Part shown: piece after piece, positions 12,088 to 22,480 of the stretch
How positions within the stretch are numbered: position 1 is the stretch's first letter
Layout: each line of letters begins with the position of its first letter
Source: Gammaproteobacteria bacterium
Lineage (GTDB): Bacteria; Pseudomonadota; Gammaproteobacteria; JBCCGL01
Direction of reading: 5' to 3'
DNA: 64,000 nt
Assembly: GCA_965277715.1 (NCBI GenBank)
Contig: OZ255836.1
Coordinates: 896,001 to 960,000 of the forward strand
Made by a program: the position numbers and the translations under genes
The notes under the pieces: model-generated
Told to the model about the DNA's origin: nothing
Database searches by the model: none
The model's input: the letters and a program-made list of their open reading frames with translations, nothing else

Positions 12088-12116
12088 CAGGGGGTAGCGC
12101 GTTTCACGCGCTCCTG
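12088..12116. terminator. Hairpin between convergent lapB and MBL-fold genes
   Basis: Stem-loop AGCGCGT-TTC-ACGCGCT between the two stop codons; no clear U-tract. Confidence 0.4.
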
Positions 12117-12117
12117 C

Positions 12118-13170
12118 TCACTCCCGCTGTAATGGTACGGCACGTGATTCGCCTAATGCCAGTGATACAAAATCAGATGACTGCAAACCCTCGGCAGCCG
12201 CTTTAAGTCGACGTGGCGGTTCGTCAATTGGTTCTGCGGTCAATGGAAAAGTGCCCCAGTGAACACCTACTGAAAAGCGAGCGCCAATATCCAAATGTAT
12301 TTGCACTGCCTCCTCTGGGTTAACGTGCATGTCTTGCATAAACCAGCGCGGCGCATAAGCCCCTATGGGAATAATGCCAAGGTCGAATGGTCCCAGGCGC
12401 TGGCCAATTTCCTTAAACTGCATATCGTTATAACCGGTATCGCCTGCAAACCAAAATTTAAACCCGTCAATCTGCACTGCCCAGGCTGCCCACAGTTGCT
12501 GGTAGCGATCAAATAGTCCCCGTCCGGTCCAGTGTTGTGAAGGGGTTGCAGTAACAAGTATCTGCCCGTGCTGTTGGCTGTCCCACCAGTCAAACTCTAT
12601 TACCCGGTTTATGCCGAGATCGGAAAACCATGATTTATAACGCAGGGGAACCATCCAGGTCGCCTGGTCGCCAATCTGCTTAACGCTGGCTTCATCCAGG
12701 TGGTCATAGTGGTTGTGTGAAATCAGTACGATATCAATTGGCGGTAACTGTTCTATTGAAACCGGAACAGGTGTAATCCGCTCCGGGCCAGCAAAGCAAA
12801 CCGGTGAAGCGATATCCGAGAATATCGGGTCTGTGAGTATATTGATACCGTGATACTGTACCAATGTACTGGAGTGACCGAGCCAGGTAATGGTGGGTAC
12901 ATTGGGGTCGGGTGTATTGAGCCCTGCACTTTTATCTACTTGCGGCACTTTGTGTGCTTGCCCGTCGTAGTCGAACCATTGATCGTCACCAAAATACCGC
13001 ATCCGTAAAAAATCTAAAAAGCCTGTTTTTTTAGGTTGAATATAGATGTTTTTGAACCCATCGGGTGTGTGGTGCGATTTGGTAGGATCGGGTAATGAGG
13101 CTGTCTTTGTAGCGCAGGCTACCATCAGGCAGCTTAAACATAAGGTGGTAAGCCAGTTGATATTACTCAT
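12118..13170 (-). CDS. MBL-fold metallohydrolase (NAPE-PLD/RomA-like), probable lipoprotein
   Basis: TWLGHSS, LTDPIFS, SHNHYDHLD, FAGDTGY, PIGAYAPRWFM and HWGTF; lipobox-like MVAC. Confidence 0.85.
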   Translation of the reverse strand: MSNINWLTTLCLSCLMVACATKTASLPDPTKSHHTPDGFKNIYIQPKKTGFLDFLRMRYFGDDQWFDYDGQAHKVPQVDKSAGLNTPDPNVPTITWLGHSSTLVQYHGINILTDPIFSDIASPVCFAGPERITPVPVSIEQLPPIDIVLISHNHYDHLDEASVKQIGDQATWMVPLRYKSWFSDLGINRVIEFDWWDSQQHGQILVTATPSQHWTGRGLFDRYQQLWAAWAVQIDGFKFWFAGDTGYNDMQFKEIGQRLGPFDLGIIPIGAYAPRWFMQDMHVNPEEAVQIHLDIGARFSVGVHWGTFPLTAEPIDEPPRRLKAAAEGLQSSDFVSLALGESRAVPLQRE

Positions 13171-13318
13171 AGAGGTGGGTATCAGTAAAAAATAGCGACA
13201 GTAAGGTATTGGCGCAATTTTTTCATCCGTTTATACAACTTTTTGGTCAGTGACAGTTTAATACCTGCCTTGGAATTTTCTGCATCAAATACCGGGGCGG
13301 GTTTATTATTCTGGAAAA

Positions 13319-14188
13319 TTAATCACGCACAACCTCCAAGGTCACCCGCCGGTTGATAGCCCGCCCCCGATCGGTTTTATTACTCTTTAAAGGCTTTTCT
13401 GCCCCGTAACTGGTGTGTTCAATCATCGATTCAGGTACACCTTTTGAGGTGAGGTAATCCAGTACGCGGTAAGTGCGGAATTCTGATAGGTCGGTGTTAT
13501 ACCGTTTGGAGCCAACACTGTCAGTGTGGCCACCTAACACTAATCGCTTCACTGTGCTATCTATCCTGATATATTTAATGACCTTATCCAATCTGGATTT
13601 GGTTGCTTCGCTGAGCGTGTCACTGTTAGATTCAAAATTGATATTGACGAAGCTCACATCATCGAACCCAAAGGGCAATAATTCGGCAATGCAATAATTA
13701 AAGTGTTTATGTGCCGCACGAAAGTTTACCGGTGACAAACTAACCAATAGAATCTCTGTGGCATCTGCGGCGTCTTTATACGAAAACGTTGGCCGCCTGC
13801 CATTTTCAAGTTCATACAATAAACGCAACGTCTGTATGCGGTTTAAAACAAGTGGCACGTTACTGCCATTGTCTTTGGCGCTGCCGAGGTTTTTTTCAGT
13901 CGCGGGGAGTGGGTTTGAGAAATACCATTCAGGGTTTACCGAATCTATCGCGATAGCCTGCTGGCGGTTGCTGGCCTTGAAGGCAGAGAGCGTGAAGTGG
14001 GCCTCTTCTCCTGCCGCTTTGCGAAACCGTGCAATGCCGTATTGCGGGATGATATGTGTTATTTCACAAAGCAACTTTTCAGTGCGGACAGTCCACCGCG
14101 ATTCGTGCATATCGGCCAAATAGTGCCGGTCAATAGCACGGGTCATTGGTACTAAAAGCAAACCGAGTGTGAGTAATAACCATTTCAT
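13319..14188 (-). CDS. motY: MotY-like flagellar motor protein (MotY_N plus OmpA/peptidoglycan-binding domain)
   Basis: Signal peptide; Y.A.M.ES.W...LLCEITH.IP.YG.A.F; second Cys in CIAELLPF.F; OmpA motif GHTDSVG...NRRV. Confidence 0.78.
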   Translation of the reverse strand: MKWLLLTLGLLLVPMTRAIDRHYLADMHESRWTVRTEKLLCEITHIIPQYGIARFRKAAGEEAHFTLSAFKASNRQQAIAIDSVNPEWYFSNPLPATEKNLGSAKDNGSNVPLVLNRIQTLRLLYELENGRRPTFSYKDAADATEILLVSLSPVNFRAAHKHFNYCIAELLPFGFDDVSFVNINFESNSDTLSEATKSRLDKVIKYIRIDSTVKRLVLGGHTDSVGSKRYNTDLSEFRTYRVLDYLTSKGVPESMIEHTSYGAEKPLKSNKTDRGRAINRRVTLEVVRD

Positions 14189-14311
14189 TGTGCCCGTGAA
14201 GCAAATATAACGCCATTTTTGCCTGTTGAAATGGAGAGGGTGCGGTGTTTTTGACGGGTAATATTTACCCGCTATTGAGTATTGTGCGGCAGAGGTTTTC
14301 CGTTGCTACTT

Positions 14312-14376
14312 TCGGGTTTAGGCGCTCGTAGCGAGGGAAAGACCGGTTTGAGTCATTTTTTGCGCACTATTGAGGA
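14312..14376. repeat. Partial copy of the 169-bp MITE-like palindromic element
   Basis: TCGGGTTTAGGCGCTCGTAGCGAGGGAAAGACCGGTTTGAGTCATTTTTTGCGCACTATTGAGGA matches the reverse complement of about 28302-28368. Confidence 0.8.
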
Positions 14377-14685
14377 TTATAACCAGGAGGCAGTGTTGTC
14401 GTATTCGGTGGTGAGGTCGACAAACCCAGCGTAGTCGACCAGTGTAATTTCATCGAGGATCCGCCCAGCGGGAATACCGCGTGCGGCAATATCCGGTGCC
14501 AGTGCGTATACGGAATTCTCCACCATCGTCTCGGCGAGTGCTGCGTCTGTATCGGGGCGCTTTTGTGCGGCGTATACGGCATCTTCAATCAGTAATACGC
14601 CGCTACCGCGTTTTATTAGTCGCAGACAGGTGTGCAGTGCGCTGTGGTCAAAGTGTGATTTGTTAACGATGTGTAGCATGGCCAT
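14377..14685 (-). CDS. dsrH: Sulfurtransferase complex subunit DsrH/TusB
   Basis: MAMLHIVNKS...LHTCLR...LLIEDAVYAA...YAL.PD..ARG...VDYAGFVDL...SWL; Cys at position 20. Confidence 0.88.
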   Translation of the reverse strand: MAMLHIVNKSHFDHSALHTCLRLIKRGSGVLLIEDAVYAAQKRPDTDAALAETMVENSVYALAPDIAARGIPAGRILDEITLVDYAGFVDLTTEYDNTASWL

Positions 14686-14828
14686 AGCGTGTAGGGTAAA
14701 CAGGGCTTTGTCGGTTGGCAAGGGTTGCATAGCGTAGGGAGAACAGCGCGAGGGTAAATTTCCCGTTTCCAATTAATCGAAAACTTATAAAATGTACGAT
14801 TGCCACCTTAACCCTGCGATATTGACAC

Positions 14829-16292
14829 ATGGATTATTTTCCCCTTTTCACCAAACTGACCGGCAAGCGCTGTGTGCTCGTTGGCGGGGGTGTCGTTGCG
14901 GCCCGCAAATTGGGGGTGTTACTAAAGTGCGGTGCAGATATTGTGGTGGTTTCCCCTGCGCTGGGTGAAGCTTTGCAAGCGTACCCGCCGGGGCATTTTG
15001 AGTACCACCACCGCGCTTTTTTATCTGAGGATATAGCCGGGGCGACACTGGTGGTGGCGGCAACCGATGATGTGGTGCTTAACCAGCAGGTTGCCTCGCT
15101 GTGTAAAGCGGCGGGTATTTTTGTCAATGTGGTCAATGACCCCGCGTGTGGGGATTTTATCTTCCCCTCATTGATTGACCGTTCACCGATCCAGATTGCC
15201 CTGAGTACTGGGGGGAAATCACCGGTTCTGGCGCGCCTGCTACGCTGGCGGTTGGAGGTGATGATCCCACAGGTGTACGGCAACCTCGCGTCGCTGGTGC
15301 ACGATTACCGCGAGCGCGTGAAGGTCAAAATTGCGGCGCCTAAACTGCGACGACGATTTTGGGAACAGGTGCTTCAGGGGCCAATTGCCGAACGCGTATT
15401 TGCAGGCCGGGACGCTGAAGCCCGCAACTCGCTGGAACACCTGCTCACCACGCAGGGGAATTTACAGACGGATGCAGTACCGGCGGGTGAGGTTTACCTG
15501 GTCGGCGCCGGGCCAGGTGACCCGGATTTATTGACATTTCGCGCCATGCGCCTGATGCAACAGGCGGATGTGGTGGTTTACGACCGGCTGGTACCAGACA
15601 CCATTTTAGCGATGGTACACCAGAGTGCAGAGCGCATTTATGTGGGCAAGCAGCGCGCCGACCACAGTGTGCCACAGGAGGGCATTAACGCCTTATTGGT
15701 GCGCTTGGCCAGGCAGGGCAAGCGTGTGTTGCGCCTGAAAGGCGGGGACCCGTTTATCTTCGGTCGCGGCGGCGAGGAAATAGAAACGCTGATCGATGAG
15801 GGCATTGGGTTTCAGGTTGTACCCGGTATTACGGCGGCCTCGGGGTGTGCCACGTATGCAGGGATTCCTCTCACCCACCGTGCGCATTCGCAAGCGTGTA
15901 TTTTTGTCACCGGGCATTTAAAGGATGGCAGCGTAAACCTCAACTGGGGCATGTTGGCCCACCCTCAGCAAACGGTGGTTTTTTATATGGGGCTGCACGG
16001 TATTGCGATAATCTGCCAACAACTGATTGCCCACGGCAGGGCGGTGGATACCCCGGCTGCACTGATTCAGCAGGGAACCACGCCGCATCACCGGGCGATT
16101 ATTGGTGACCTTGCAAGTTTACCCGCGCTGGTCGCCAATAATGAGGTGCGTGCACCCACATTGATTATTGTCGGCGAGGTGGTGAGCTTGCATGAAAAAC
16201 TGCGCTGGTTTAAAACGGGCTCTGAGATAGTACGCTCAGATGATAAGGCCGAGGATGATAAGGCTAGAGATGATAAGACCGGGAATAAATAA
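14829..16292 (+). CDS. cysG: Siroheme synthase (multifunctional CysG)
   Basis: [17 protein letters not shown] dehydrogenase/ferrochelatase domain, and SUMT motifs [12 protein letters not shown] and [16 protein letters not shown]. Confidence 0.96.
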   Translation: MDYFPLFTKLTGKRCVLVGGGVVAARKLGVLLKCGADIVVVSPALGEALQAYPPGHFEYHHRAFLSEDIAGATLVVAATDDVVLNQQVASLCKAAGIFVNVVNDPACGDFIFPSLIDRSPIQIALSTGGKSPVLARLLRWRLEVMIPQVYGNLASLVHDYRERVKVKIAAPKLRRRFWEQVLQGPIAERVFAGRDAEARNSLEHLLTTQGNLQTDAVPAGEVYLVGAGPGDPDLLTFRAMRLMQQADVVVYDRLVPDTILAMVHQSAERIYVGKQRADHSVPQEGINALLVRLARQGKRVLRLKGGDPFIFGRGGEEIETLIDEGIGFQVVPGITAASGCATYAGIPLTHRAHSQACIFVTGHLKDGSVNLNWGMLAHPQQTVVFYMGLHGIAIICQQLIAHGRAVDTPAALIQQGTTPHHRAIIGDLASLPALVANNEVRAPTLIIVGEVVSLHEKLRWFKTGSEIVRSDDKAEDDKARDDKTGNK

Positions 16293-16479
16293 CAAATAAT
16301 AAATGAAACACTTGGGCTAACAATTAATAACCCGTTCTGAACAGGTATCGGCAGGCGCTGTCTTTGTCGATACGGTAGTGAGATCAGTGCGGATGCCGTG
16401 CTGGGGGCGTGGGTGGAGCTTCGGGTCAGCTTGCGTAAACAGCCGGTTTTTACCGACGATGAAGAGGCACTGTTAGTAT

Positions 16480-17202
16480 TTAACGATCAGGTCTATTGAT
16501 ATAACGCAGGGTTAAATAACCGGACAACGAGCCCAGAACCACCCAAAATATACCCAGGGTAATCGCTGTGGCGATAAAAAATGTCTGTTCCAATGCGGTC
16601 AACGCACTCACCGCATCGGGTGTGTTATTGGCAAAACCAGGGACGGCAGGCTGTGGCGCACCAATAAGATGGGGTGCCAGCAGTAGCGGGATAGCGGCCA
16701 GTTTAATGTGTTTTTTGCCAAAAGCCAGTACACCTAACCCCGCTGCGGTTAAGCCAATAGTACTCAGCCACCAAACCTGACGACCTTCCAGCGGCGCTGC
16801 TTGTACGCCTGGAATTTCAGGCGGTAAACCCAGGGAAGGCGCGATAAAAAACACCGTGTAACCCGCCAATCCCCATACAATCCCTGTCTGCCAGTTTGCA
16901 GTCCCGCGAAAACTGATGGCACTTAACAGTAAGAGGGCGTAGGCACAGGCGATAACGACAGTTGCAAGCATCGAGTAAAGCGTGCGTTCCAGGCCATCGT
17001 GCGGCGCCCAGCCATCTCCATGTGTATGTTCGCCCGGCTCACTTGAGGTCAGCCCCCCCCCGGATGCTATCCCTTCATTGGCTTCGTAAGCCTCGGCGGC
17101 AATAATAATCGGCGTGGTAATAAATGCCTGTAAGACACCCAAAAGGCCGCCGGATACCAAACCTAACAGCAGCGATGCCAGTACTATCCTGCGGAACAAC
17201 AT
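16480..17202 (-). CDS. cbtA: Probable cobalt transporter subunit CbtA
   Basis: MLFRRIV, PIIIAAEAYE, WAPHDGLERT, PSLGLPPEIPG and RQVWW; multi-TM; downstream of cbtB and a B12 riboswitch. Confidence 0.9.
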   Translation of the reverse strand: MLFRRIVLASLLLGLVSGGLLGVLQAFITTPIIIAAEAYEANEGIASGGGLTSSEPGEHTHGDGWAPHDGLERTLYSMLATVVIACAYALLLLSAISFRGTANWQTGIVWGLAGYTVFFIAPSLGLPPEIPGVQAAPLEGRQVWWLSTIGLTAAGLGVLAFGKKHIKLAAIPLLLAPHLIGAPQPAVPGFANNTPDAVSALTALEQTFFIATAITLGIFWVVLGSLSGYLTLRYINRPDR

Positions 17203-17217
17203 GTAAGGAGCTAGGGG

Positions 17218-17394
17218 CTAGTGACAGGGAAACGATACAGAGTGGCGGGAGTCGTGGGCGGCGTTATGCACTGCATTAACGGGGGCAAAGCCAACAAAAA
17301 GTAGAATAACCAGACCGAGCACGCTGGTAGCGAGCACCTGGCTGATACGTGAGCTGGATAGATCAATAGCGGTTTCTACGGCGTTTTGTTGCAT
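17218..17394 (-). CDS. cbtB: Probable cobalt transporter subunit CbtB
   Basis: Single TM followed by VHNAAHDSRHSVSFPCH; RBS AGGAG upstream of ATG 17394. Confidence 0.9.
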   Translation of the reverse strand: MQQNAVETAIDLSSSRISQVLATSVLGLVILLFVGFAPVNAVHNAAHDSRHSVSFPCH

Positions 17395-17514
17395 GGCATG
17401 CACTCCTGAAGCGGGATTAAGTATTGCACTGAATCTGAAAGAGCCCCGTTTTAATGAGTGGGGCCGGGTGCATGCACGCCGGGAAATCTTCCTTCGAGAT
17501 TTCAGACAGATTGC

Positions 17515-17695
17515 TAGGGGCCGGTCTCCGGGCTGATGGTATATCGGTGTATACATGACACCGTATAGCCAATCACCGTTGCGAGGACAGCGCCGGGTTT
17601 ATGCCCATACAGCCTTAATTTAAGCGGTATTAGAGCCTGCACCGGACTTTCCCGATTAAGCCTTGAAACGGTTGTTTCAGGGCGCCACAAAGCAG
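17515..17695 (-). ncRNA. Cobalamin riboswitch
   Basis: The minus strand reads GGCGCC...TAATCGGGAAAGTCCGGTGCA...AAACCCGGCGCTGTCCTCGCAACGGTGA...AGCCCGGAGACCGGCCC (B12 box), upstream of cbtBA; boundaries approximate. Confidence 0.9.
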
Positions 17696-17853
17696 CTGCA
17701 AGGTTAGTGTCTACAAGCATAATGTCAATGTTTTTTTACGGTTATTGCCACCCTCCTGCGGCATACAAGCACGTTTACGCGACATCTAACAAACGCCCTC
17801 TTAATGGTGTCATATGACTTATCATTGCCCCATCATTTTAGTGAGATTCGAAG

Positions 17854-20800
17854 ATGAGCCGCGACGTTGCATTGGATGATAAGTACACGCTTCAATCTGG
17901 CAGAGCCTATCTGACGGGTACACAAGCGCTTACCCGGCTACCGATGATGCAACGCCAGCGCGATTTGGCGGCGGGGCTGAATACCGCCGGGTTTATCTCG
18001 GGCTATCGAGGCTCGCCTTTGGGTGGGTTTGATAAGGCATTGTGGCGGGCCAGCTCGCAACTGGCGGCGCACAAAATTTATTTTCAACCCGGTGTCAATG
18101 AAGACCTTGGCGCCACTGCTGTATGGGGTTCACAGCAGGTGAATTTATTCAGGGGCGCGCAGTACGATGGGGTCTTTGGCCTTTGGTATGGTAAAGGTCC
18201 CGGGGTGGATCGTAGCGGTGATGTATTTAAACACGCCAATTGTGCAGGGGTTTCCCGTTATGGTGGGGTGTTGGCCGTCGCCGGAGACGACCACACGTGC
18301 AAATCATCAACGCTGCCCCACCAAAGTGAGTACGCATTTATGGATGCACAGATTCCCGTGCTCAACCCCGCTGGCGTTCAGGATATTCTTGACCTTGGCC
18401 TGTTAGGTTGGGCGCTGTCCCGTTTTAGCGGCTGTTGGGTGGGGTTTAAAACCATTGCTGAAACCGTGGACTCTTCGATTTCTGCTTGCATAGACCCCGA
18501 TAGGGTGTCGATCGTCACGCCGGATGATTTTCAGTTTCCCCAGGATGGATTGCACAGCGGGCCGCATATTCGCTGGCCCGATCCACCGTTGGAACAAGAG
18601 CAGCGCCTGCACACCGTTAAATTGCGCGCAGCACTGGCGTTTGTACGGGCCAATAAGGTGAACTACACCGCGATGAGCTGTCAGCGACCCCGTATTGGCA
18701 TTGTTACCACAGGCAAGGCGTACCTCGATGTATTGCAGGCATTGAGTGATTTGCATATTGATGCGCGGGTCGCGGCGGATATCGGCTTAACAGTCTACAA
18801 AGTCGGTCTGTCCTGGCCATTGGAACCACACGGCATTCGCGCATTTGCCGAGGGGCTGGAAGAGCTGATGGTTGTCGAGGAAAAACGGGGCCTGCTCGAA
18901 GCACAACTCAAACAGCAACTCTACCACTGGCCAGAGGCCGTGCGCCCCCGTGTAATTGGCAAATGCGATGAGCGGGGGAACCCGGTTTTACCAACAGCGG
19001 GGGAATTGTCCAGCACACAGGTGGCGGTGTTTATTGCCAGCCGCGTCCAGCGCATTTATCACAGTGAGGCACTACAGGCGCGGGTTGATTTTTTACACGA
19101 TAAACACGCCGCGCTCACCCGGCCCAGCGCACCTATTGCACGCGTCCCGCACTTCTGCCCGGGGTGTCCACACAACACCTCCACCAGGGTGCCGGAAAAC
19201 AGCCGGGCACTGGCGGGTATCGGCTGTCACTATATGGCGATATGGATGGATCGGAAAACGGAAACCTTCACACAAATGGGCGGCGAGGGCGCCTCCTGGA
19301 TTGGCCAGGCAGCGTTTACAGAAACCGACCATGTGTTTGTCAACATCGGCGATGGTACCTACTTCCACTCGGGTTTTTTGGCGATTCGCGCCGCTGTGGC
19401 ATCCAACGTCAACATCACCTACAAGCTGTTATACAACGATGCAGTTGCGATGACAGGGGGGCAACCGGTTGATGGCCAACTCACTGTCGGGCAGATAACC
19501 CACCAACTGTATGGCGAGGGTGTTCACCGTATTTGCGTCGTCAGTGATGAGCCGGAAAAATACCGCCGTGCGGCGGCGTTCGCCCAGGGGGTGTCGATTC
19601 ATCACCGCGATGAAATGGATCATCTGCAATCGGTATTGCGCCAACACAAGGGGACATCGGTATTAATTTATGACCAGACCTGCGCCATGGAAAAGCGTCG
19701 CCGCCGCAAACGGGGGTTGATGGTCGACCCACCGAAACGGCTGTTTATCAACCAGGCCGTATGTGAGGGGTGTGGGGATTGCGGTGAGCAGTCCAACTGC
19801 CTGTCGATTATCCCCGTGGCGACTGAGTTTGGCCGCAAGCGGGCTATCGACCAATCGGCGTGCAATAAAGACTACACCTGCGTAAAGGGTTTTTGCCCCA
19901 GCTTTGTGAGTGTGCACGGCGGTGCATTAAAAAAACCGGACCAACGCGAACAGACCGGAGCATTCCCGGAACTGCCCGATCCACAGCTACCATCGCTCGA
20001 CGCGCCTTACTCGATTGTTGTCGCCGGTGTTGGCGGCACAGGGGTTGTGACGGTAGGCGCCTTGATTGGCATGGCCGCCCATATTGAAGAAAAAGGCTGC
20101 TCGGTGCTGGATATGACTGGCCTGGCACAGAAGTACGGTGCGGTAGTCAGTCATCTGCGCATCGCCAGTGATCAAAAGGCGATTTATGCGGCGCGTATCG
20201 CTGTGGGTGAAGCCAACCTCCTATTGGGGTGTGATTTAGTGGTGGCCGTCAGTACCGATACCCTGGCCAGCGTGGATCGTGCTACGACACATGCCGTCGT
20301 TAACACCCACCCATCGATGCCCGCTGCGTTTACCCAAACCCCCGATTTGGCTTTTCCACAAGACACCCTCGAAAAAATCATTGTCGATGCAACGCGTACA
20401 GACAGTAAAGGGTTTATCGATGCCACCGGGCTGGCCACCCGGTTATTGGGTGATGCGGTATTCGCCAATTTATTAATAGTCGGGTACGCCTACCAGAGCG
20501 GCCTGCTACCCGTGACCGCTACAGCCATCCGTAAAGCGATTGAACTCAACGGTATCGCTGTGGAAAAAAACCACCAGGCATTCCAGTGGGGGCGCTTGGC
20601 AGCCCACGACCGGGTGGCGTTTGACAAATGCAGCGCTGTCTCAAAACCGCGCAAAACCCCCGTCACCTTCGACCAGGTAGAGGACCTTATCGCACACCGC
20701 GCCCGGCATCTTCAAGACTATCAAAATATCGCCTATGCCAACGCGTATCGGCAGGTGATAGCAAATATACAACAGCTCGACAGGCAATATGGTGCAGGCA

Positions 20801-21321
20801 ATGACCAGGCTTTAACACGGGCTGTGGCCGATTGTTACGCTAAAGTACTGGCGTATAAAGACGAATACGAAGTGGCGCGCCTATATGCCGACCCCGCTTT
20901 CTGGGCGGAGCTGAGCGAACAGTTTGAAGGGGATTACCAGGTACATTTTCACCTTGCCCCACCCTGGTTATCCCGCCGGGATAAGCACACCGGCCTTGCA
21001 TTAAAGCGCGAGATTGGCCCGTGGGTTCGGCCATTATTTTCGCTATTGCACAAAATGCGGTTTCTGCGTGGCACGCGCTTTGATATTTTTGGGCACACAC
21101 AGGATCGAAAAATTGAACGGGCGGCTATCGACAATTATCAGGCGTTACTGGAAACACTATTAACCCACACAAACCAGGACAACTACGCCACCGCCGTAGC
21201 ACTGGCGCGTACCCCCGAACAACTGCGCGGTTATGGGCATGTGAAAAAACGGGCGTACGACAAAGTAAAGCAGCAGCAAGCACAGCTAATGTTGCAGTTA
21301 AAGAAAAAACCCTCTCTGTAA
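17854..21321 (+). CDS. Indolepyruvate ferredoxin oxidoreductase family protein (fused alpha/beta)
   Basis: GFISGYRGSPLGG, WYGKGPGVDRSGD, FCPGCPHN, TPP-binding GDGTYFHSG, ferredoxin motif CEGCGDC...C, GVGGTG and YKDEYEVARL. Confidence 0.9.
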   Translation: MSRDVALDDKYTLQSGRAYLTGTQALTRLPMMQRQRDLAAGLNTAGFISGYRGSPLGGFDKALWRASSQLAAHKIYFQPGVNEDLGATAVWGSQQVNLFRGAQYDGVFGLWYGKGPGVDRSGDVFKHANCAGVSRYGGVLAVAGDDHTCKSSTLPHQSEYAFMDAQIPVLNPAGVQDILDLGLLGWALSRFSGCWVGFKTIAETVDSSISACIDPDRVSIVTPDDFQFPQDGLHSGPHIRWPDPPLEQEQRLHTVKLRAALAFVRANKVNYTAMSCQRPRIGIVTTGKAYLDVLQALSDLHIDARVAADIGLTVYKVGLSWPLEPHGIRAFAEGLEELMVVEEKRGLLEAQLKQQLYHWPEAVRPRVIGKCDERGNPVLPTAGELSSTQVAVFIASRVQRIYHSEALQARVDFLHDKHAALTRPSAPIARVPHFCPGCPHNTSTRVPENSRALAGIGCHYMAIWMDRKTETFTQMGGEGASWIGQAAFTETDHVFVNIGDGTYFHSGFLAIRAAVASNVNITYKLLYNDAVAMTGGQPVDGQLTVGQITHQLYGEGVHRICVVSDEPEKYRRAAAFAQGVSIHHRDEMDHLQSVLRQHKGTSVLIYDQTCAMEKRRRRKRGLMVDPPKRLFINQAVCEGCGDCGEQSNCLSIIPVATEFGRKRAIDQSACNKDYTCVKGFCPSFVSVHGGALKKPDQREQTGAFPELPDPQLPSLDAPYSIVVAGVGGTGVVTVGALIGMAAHIEEKGCSVLDMTGLAQKYGAVVSHLRIASDQKAIYAARIAVGEANLLLGCDLVVAVSTDTLASVDRATTHAVVNTHPSMPAAFTQTPDLAFPQDTLEKIIVDATRTDSKGFIDATGLATRLLGDAVFANLLIVGYAYQSGLLPVTATAIRKAIELNGIAVEKNHQAFQWGRLAAHDRVAFDKCSAVSKPRKTPVTFDQVEDLIAHRARHLQDYQNIAYANAYRQVIANIQQLDRQYGAGNDQALTRAVADCYAKVLAYKDEYEVARLYADPAFWAELSEQFEGDYQVHFHLAPPWLSRRDKHTGLALKREIGPWVRPLFSLLHKMRFLRGTRFDIFGHTQDRKIERAAIDNYQALLETLLTHTNQDNYATAVALARTPEQLRGYGHVKKRAYDKVKQQQAQLMLQLKKKPSL

Positions 21322-21465
21322 TTAAACAGGTGAATTATTCACATACAAACTCCGGCGTTTATTCCGTGTATGTGCCTAACGTTACGTGAGCGCAGGCTGG
21401 AAGCGTTTAAATTGGAGCGAAACGGCAGAGGATCTGCTCCCATGAACTGGAGCCTTGATAGAATA

Positions 21466-21966
21466 CTATTTAACCAGTGCGTCCATGGCGGAAAGCGCTA
21501 AAGCCAGCCTGTTTGTTGATTCCCGCAAGCGCTTGAAACCAAACTCCTCATAAAAAGTAGCGGCTTTTTCATCCTTCGCATCAACCACCATGCCTAAAAT
21601 TCCTACTTTTTCCGCTGCCTCTAAAGTGGTTTTAAAGGCATGAAAAATGAGGGTGTCCCCGTAGCCTTGTCCCTGGAAATCTTTATCCATTGCTAACCTG
21701 CCCAAAAGTAGAAACGGGACATCCCTGTAACCGACCAGTTTAATATCGTCCGGCAGGTTATCGCGTAAAACGGAATGTGCGCTGATAGAATAATAGCCCA
21801 TCACTCGTTCTTCTTCCGCTACAACATAAACTTTGCTCAGGCTGCGCCGTTGATCCTGATTAGCCCTGCGTTGCAAATAGAGGTTAAGCGCCTCGACACC
21901 GCAATCAAAGCGCTTACGATCATGCTTTTTCGGATTGAGCGGTTCAAACTGCATGAGAGGCGGCAA
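21466..21966 (-). CDS. GNAT acetyltransferase toxin (AtaT/TacT-like)
   Basis: HDRKRFDCGVEALNLYL, LLGRLAMD..FQGQGYG and VVDAKDE.A..FYE.FGF; overlaps the upstream antitoxin. Confidence 0.88.
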   Translation of the reverse strand: MPPLMQFEPLNPKKHDRKRFDCGVEALNLYLQRRANQDQRRSLSKVYVVAEEERVMGYYSISAHSVLRDNLPDDIKLVGYRDVPFLLLGRLAMDKDFQGQGYGDTLIFHAFKTTLEAAEKVGILGMVVDAKDEKAATFYEEFGFKRLRESTNRLALALSAMDALVK

Positions 21967-22243
21967 TTTTTCCGTATTTTTCCGCCGCTTTTTTCATGCG
22001 CTGTGTAGGCTCAGGCGGATTGTCCAGCATATTAAAGAACCTGTACCAGTCTTCCTGAGTAAAAAGCGTTTTTTCATGTTCCGCGATAATCGCTTCGGCC
22101 TTCTCACGAATGCTATGACGAACAAACTTGCTTTTATCCAGCTTGACGTAGGAACGGGCGCGCTCCATTAAGTCAGCCGTTACGGCATCCATGCGAAACT
22201 TTAATGTATCGTCTTTTCTTACATTGACAGTCATAATAAACAC
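21944..22243 (-). CDS. DUF1778 ribbon-helix-helix antitoxin (AtaR/TacA-like)
   Basis: RKDDTLKFR...ERA......SKFVR...AEAII.EHE......EDW..F...LDNPPEPT.RMKKAA. Confidence 0.85.
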   Translation of the reverse strand: MFIMTVNVRKDDTLKFRMDAVTADLMERARSYVKLDKSKFVRHSIREKAEAIIAEHEKTLFTQEDWYRFFNMLDNPPEPTQRMKKAAEKYGKIAASHAV

Positions 22244-22480
22244 CTATCTTTCCTAATCTCTATAATTGTACCCACAAATGTTCTCGTTTTTCAATAAGTG
22301 GAATGGGGTACGTTTCTCTAGTCGCCGATCAGCAAGTCTTTATGTATCTTCCTCGGCGCAATGATCACGGTATAAGCACAATTGCACCTGCCACCAAAAA
22401 TCCGCCACGTAGAGTTTGTTTTTTTCAACGACTTTTTTCTCGAAAAATATAGCGCAGCTTAAGGCGCTATTGCCGTAATC

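Noticed and set aside
13319-14188. motY isolated from flagellar genes
   Set aside because: motY is normally unlinked from flagellar clusters, so this is not unusual.
22321-22390. Possible HicA-like fragment on the minus strand (VIIAPRKIHKDLLIGD)
   Set aside because: Too short and divergent to support.
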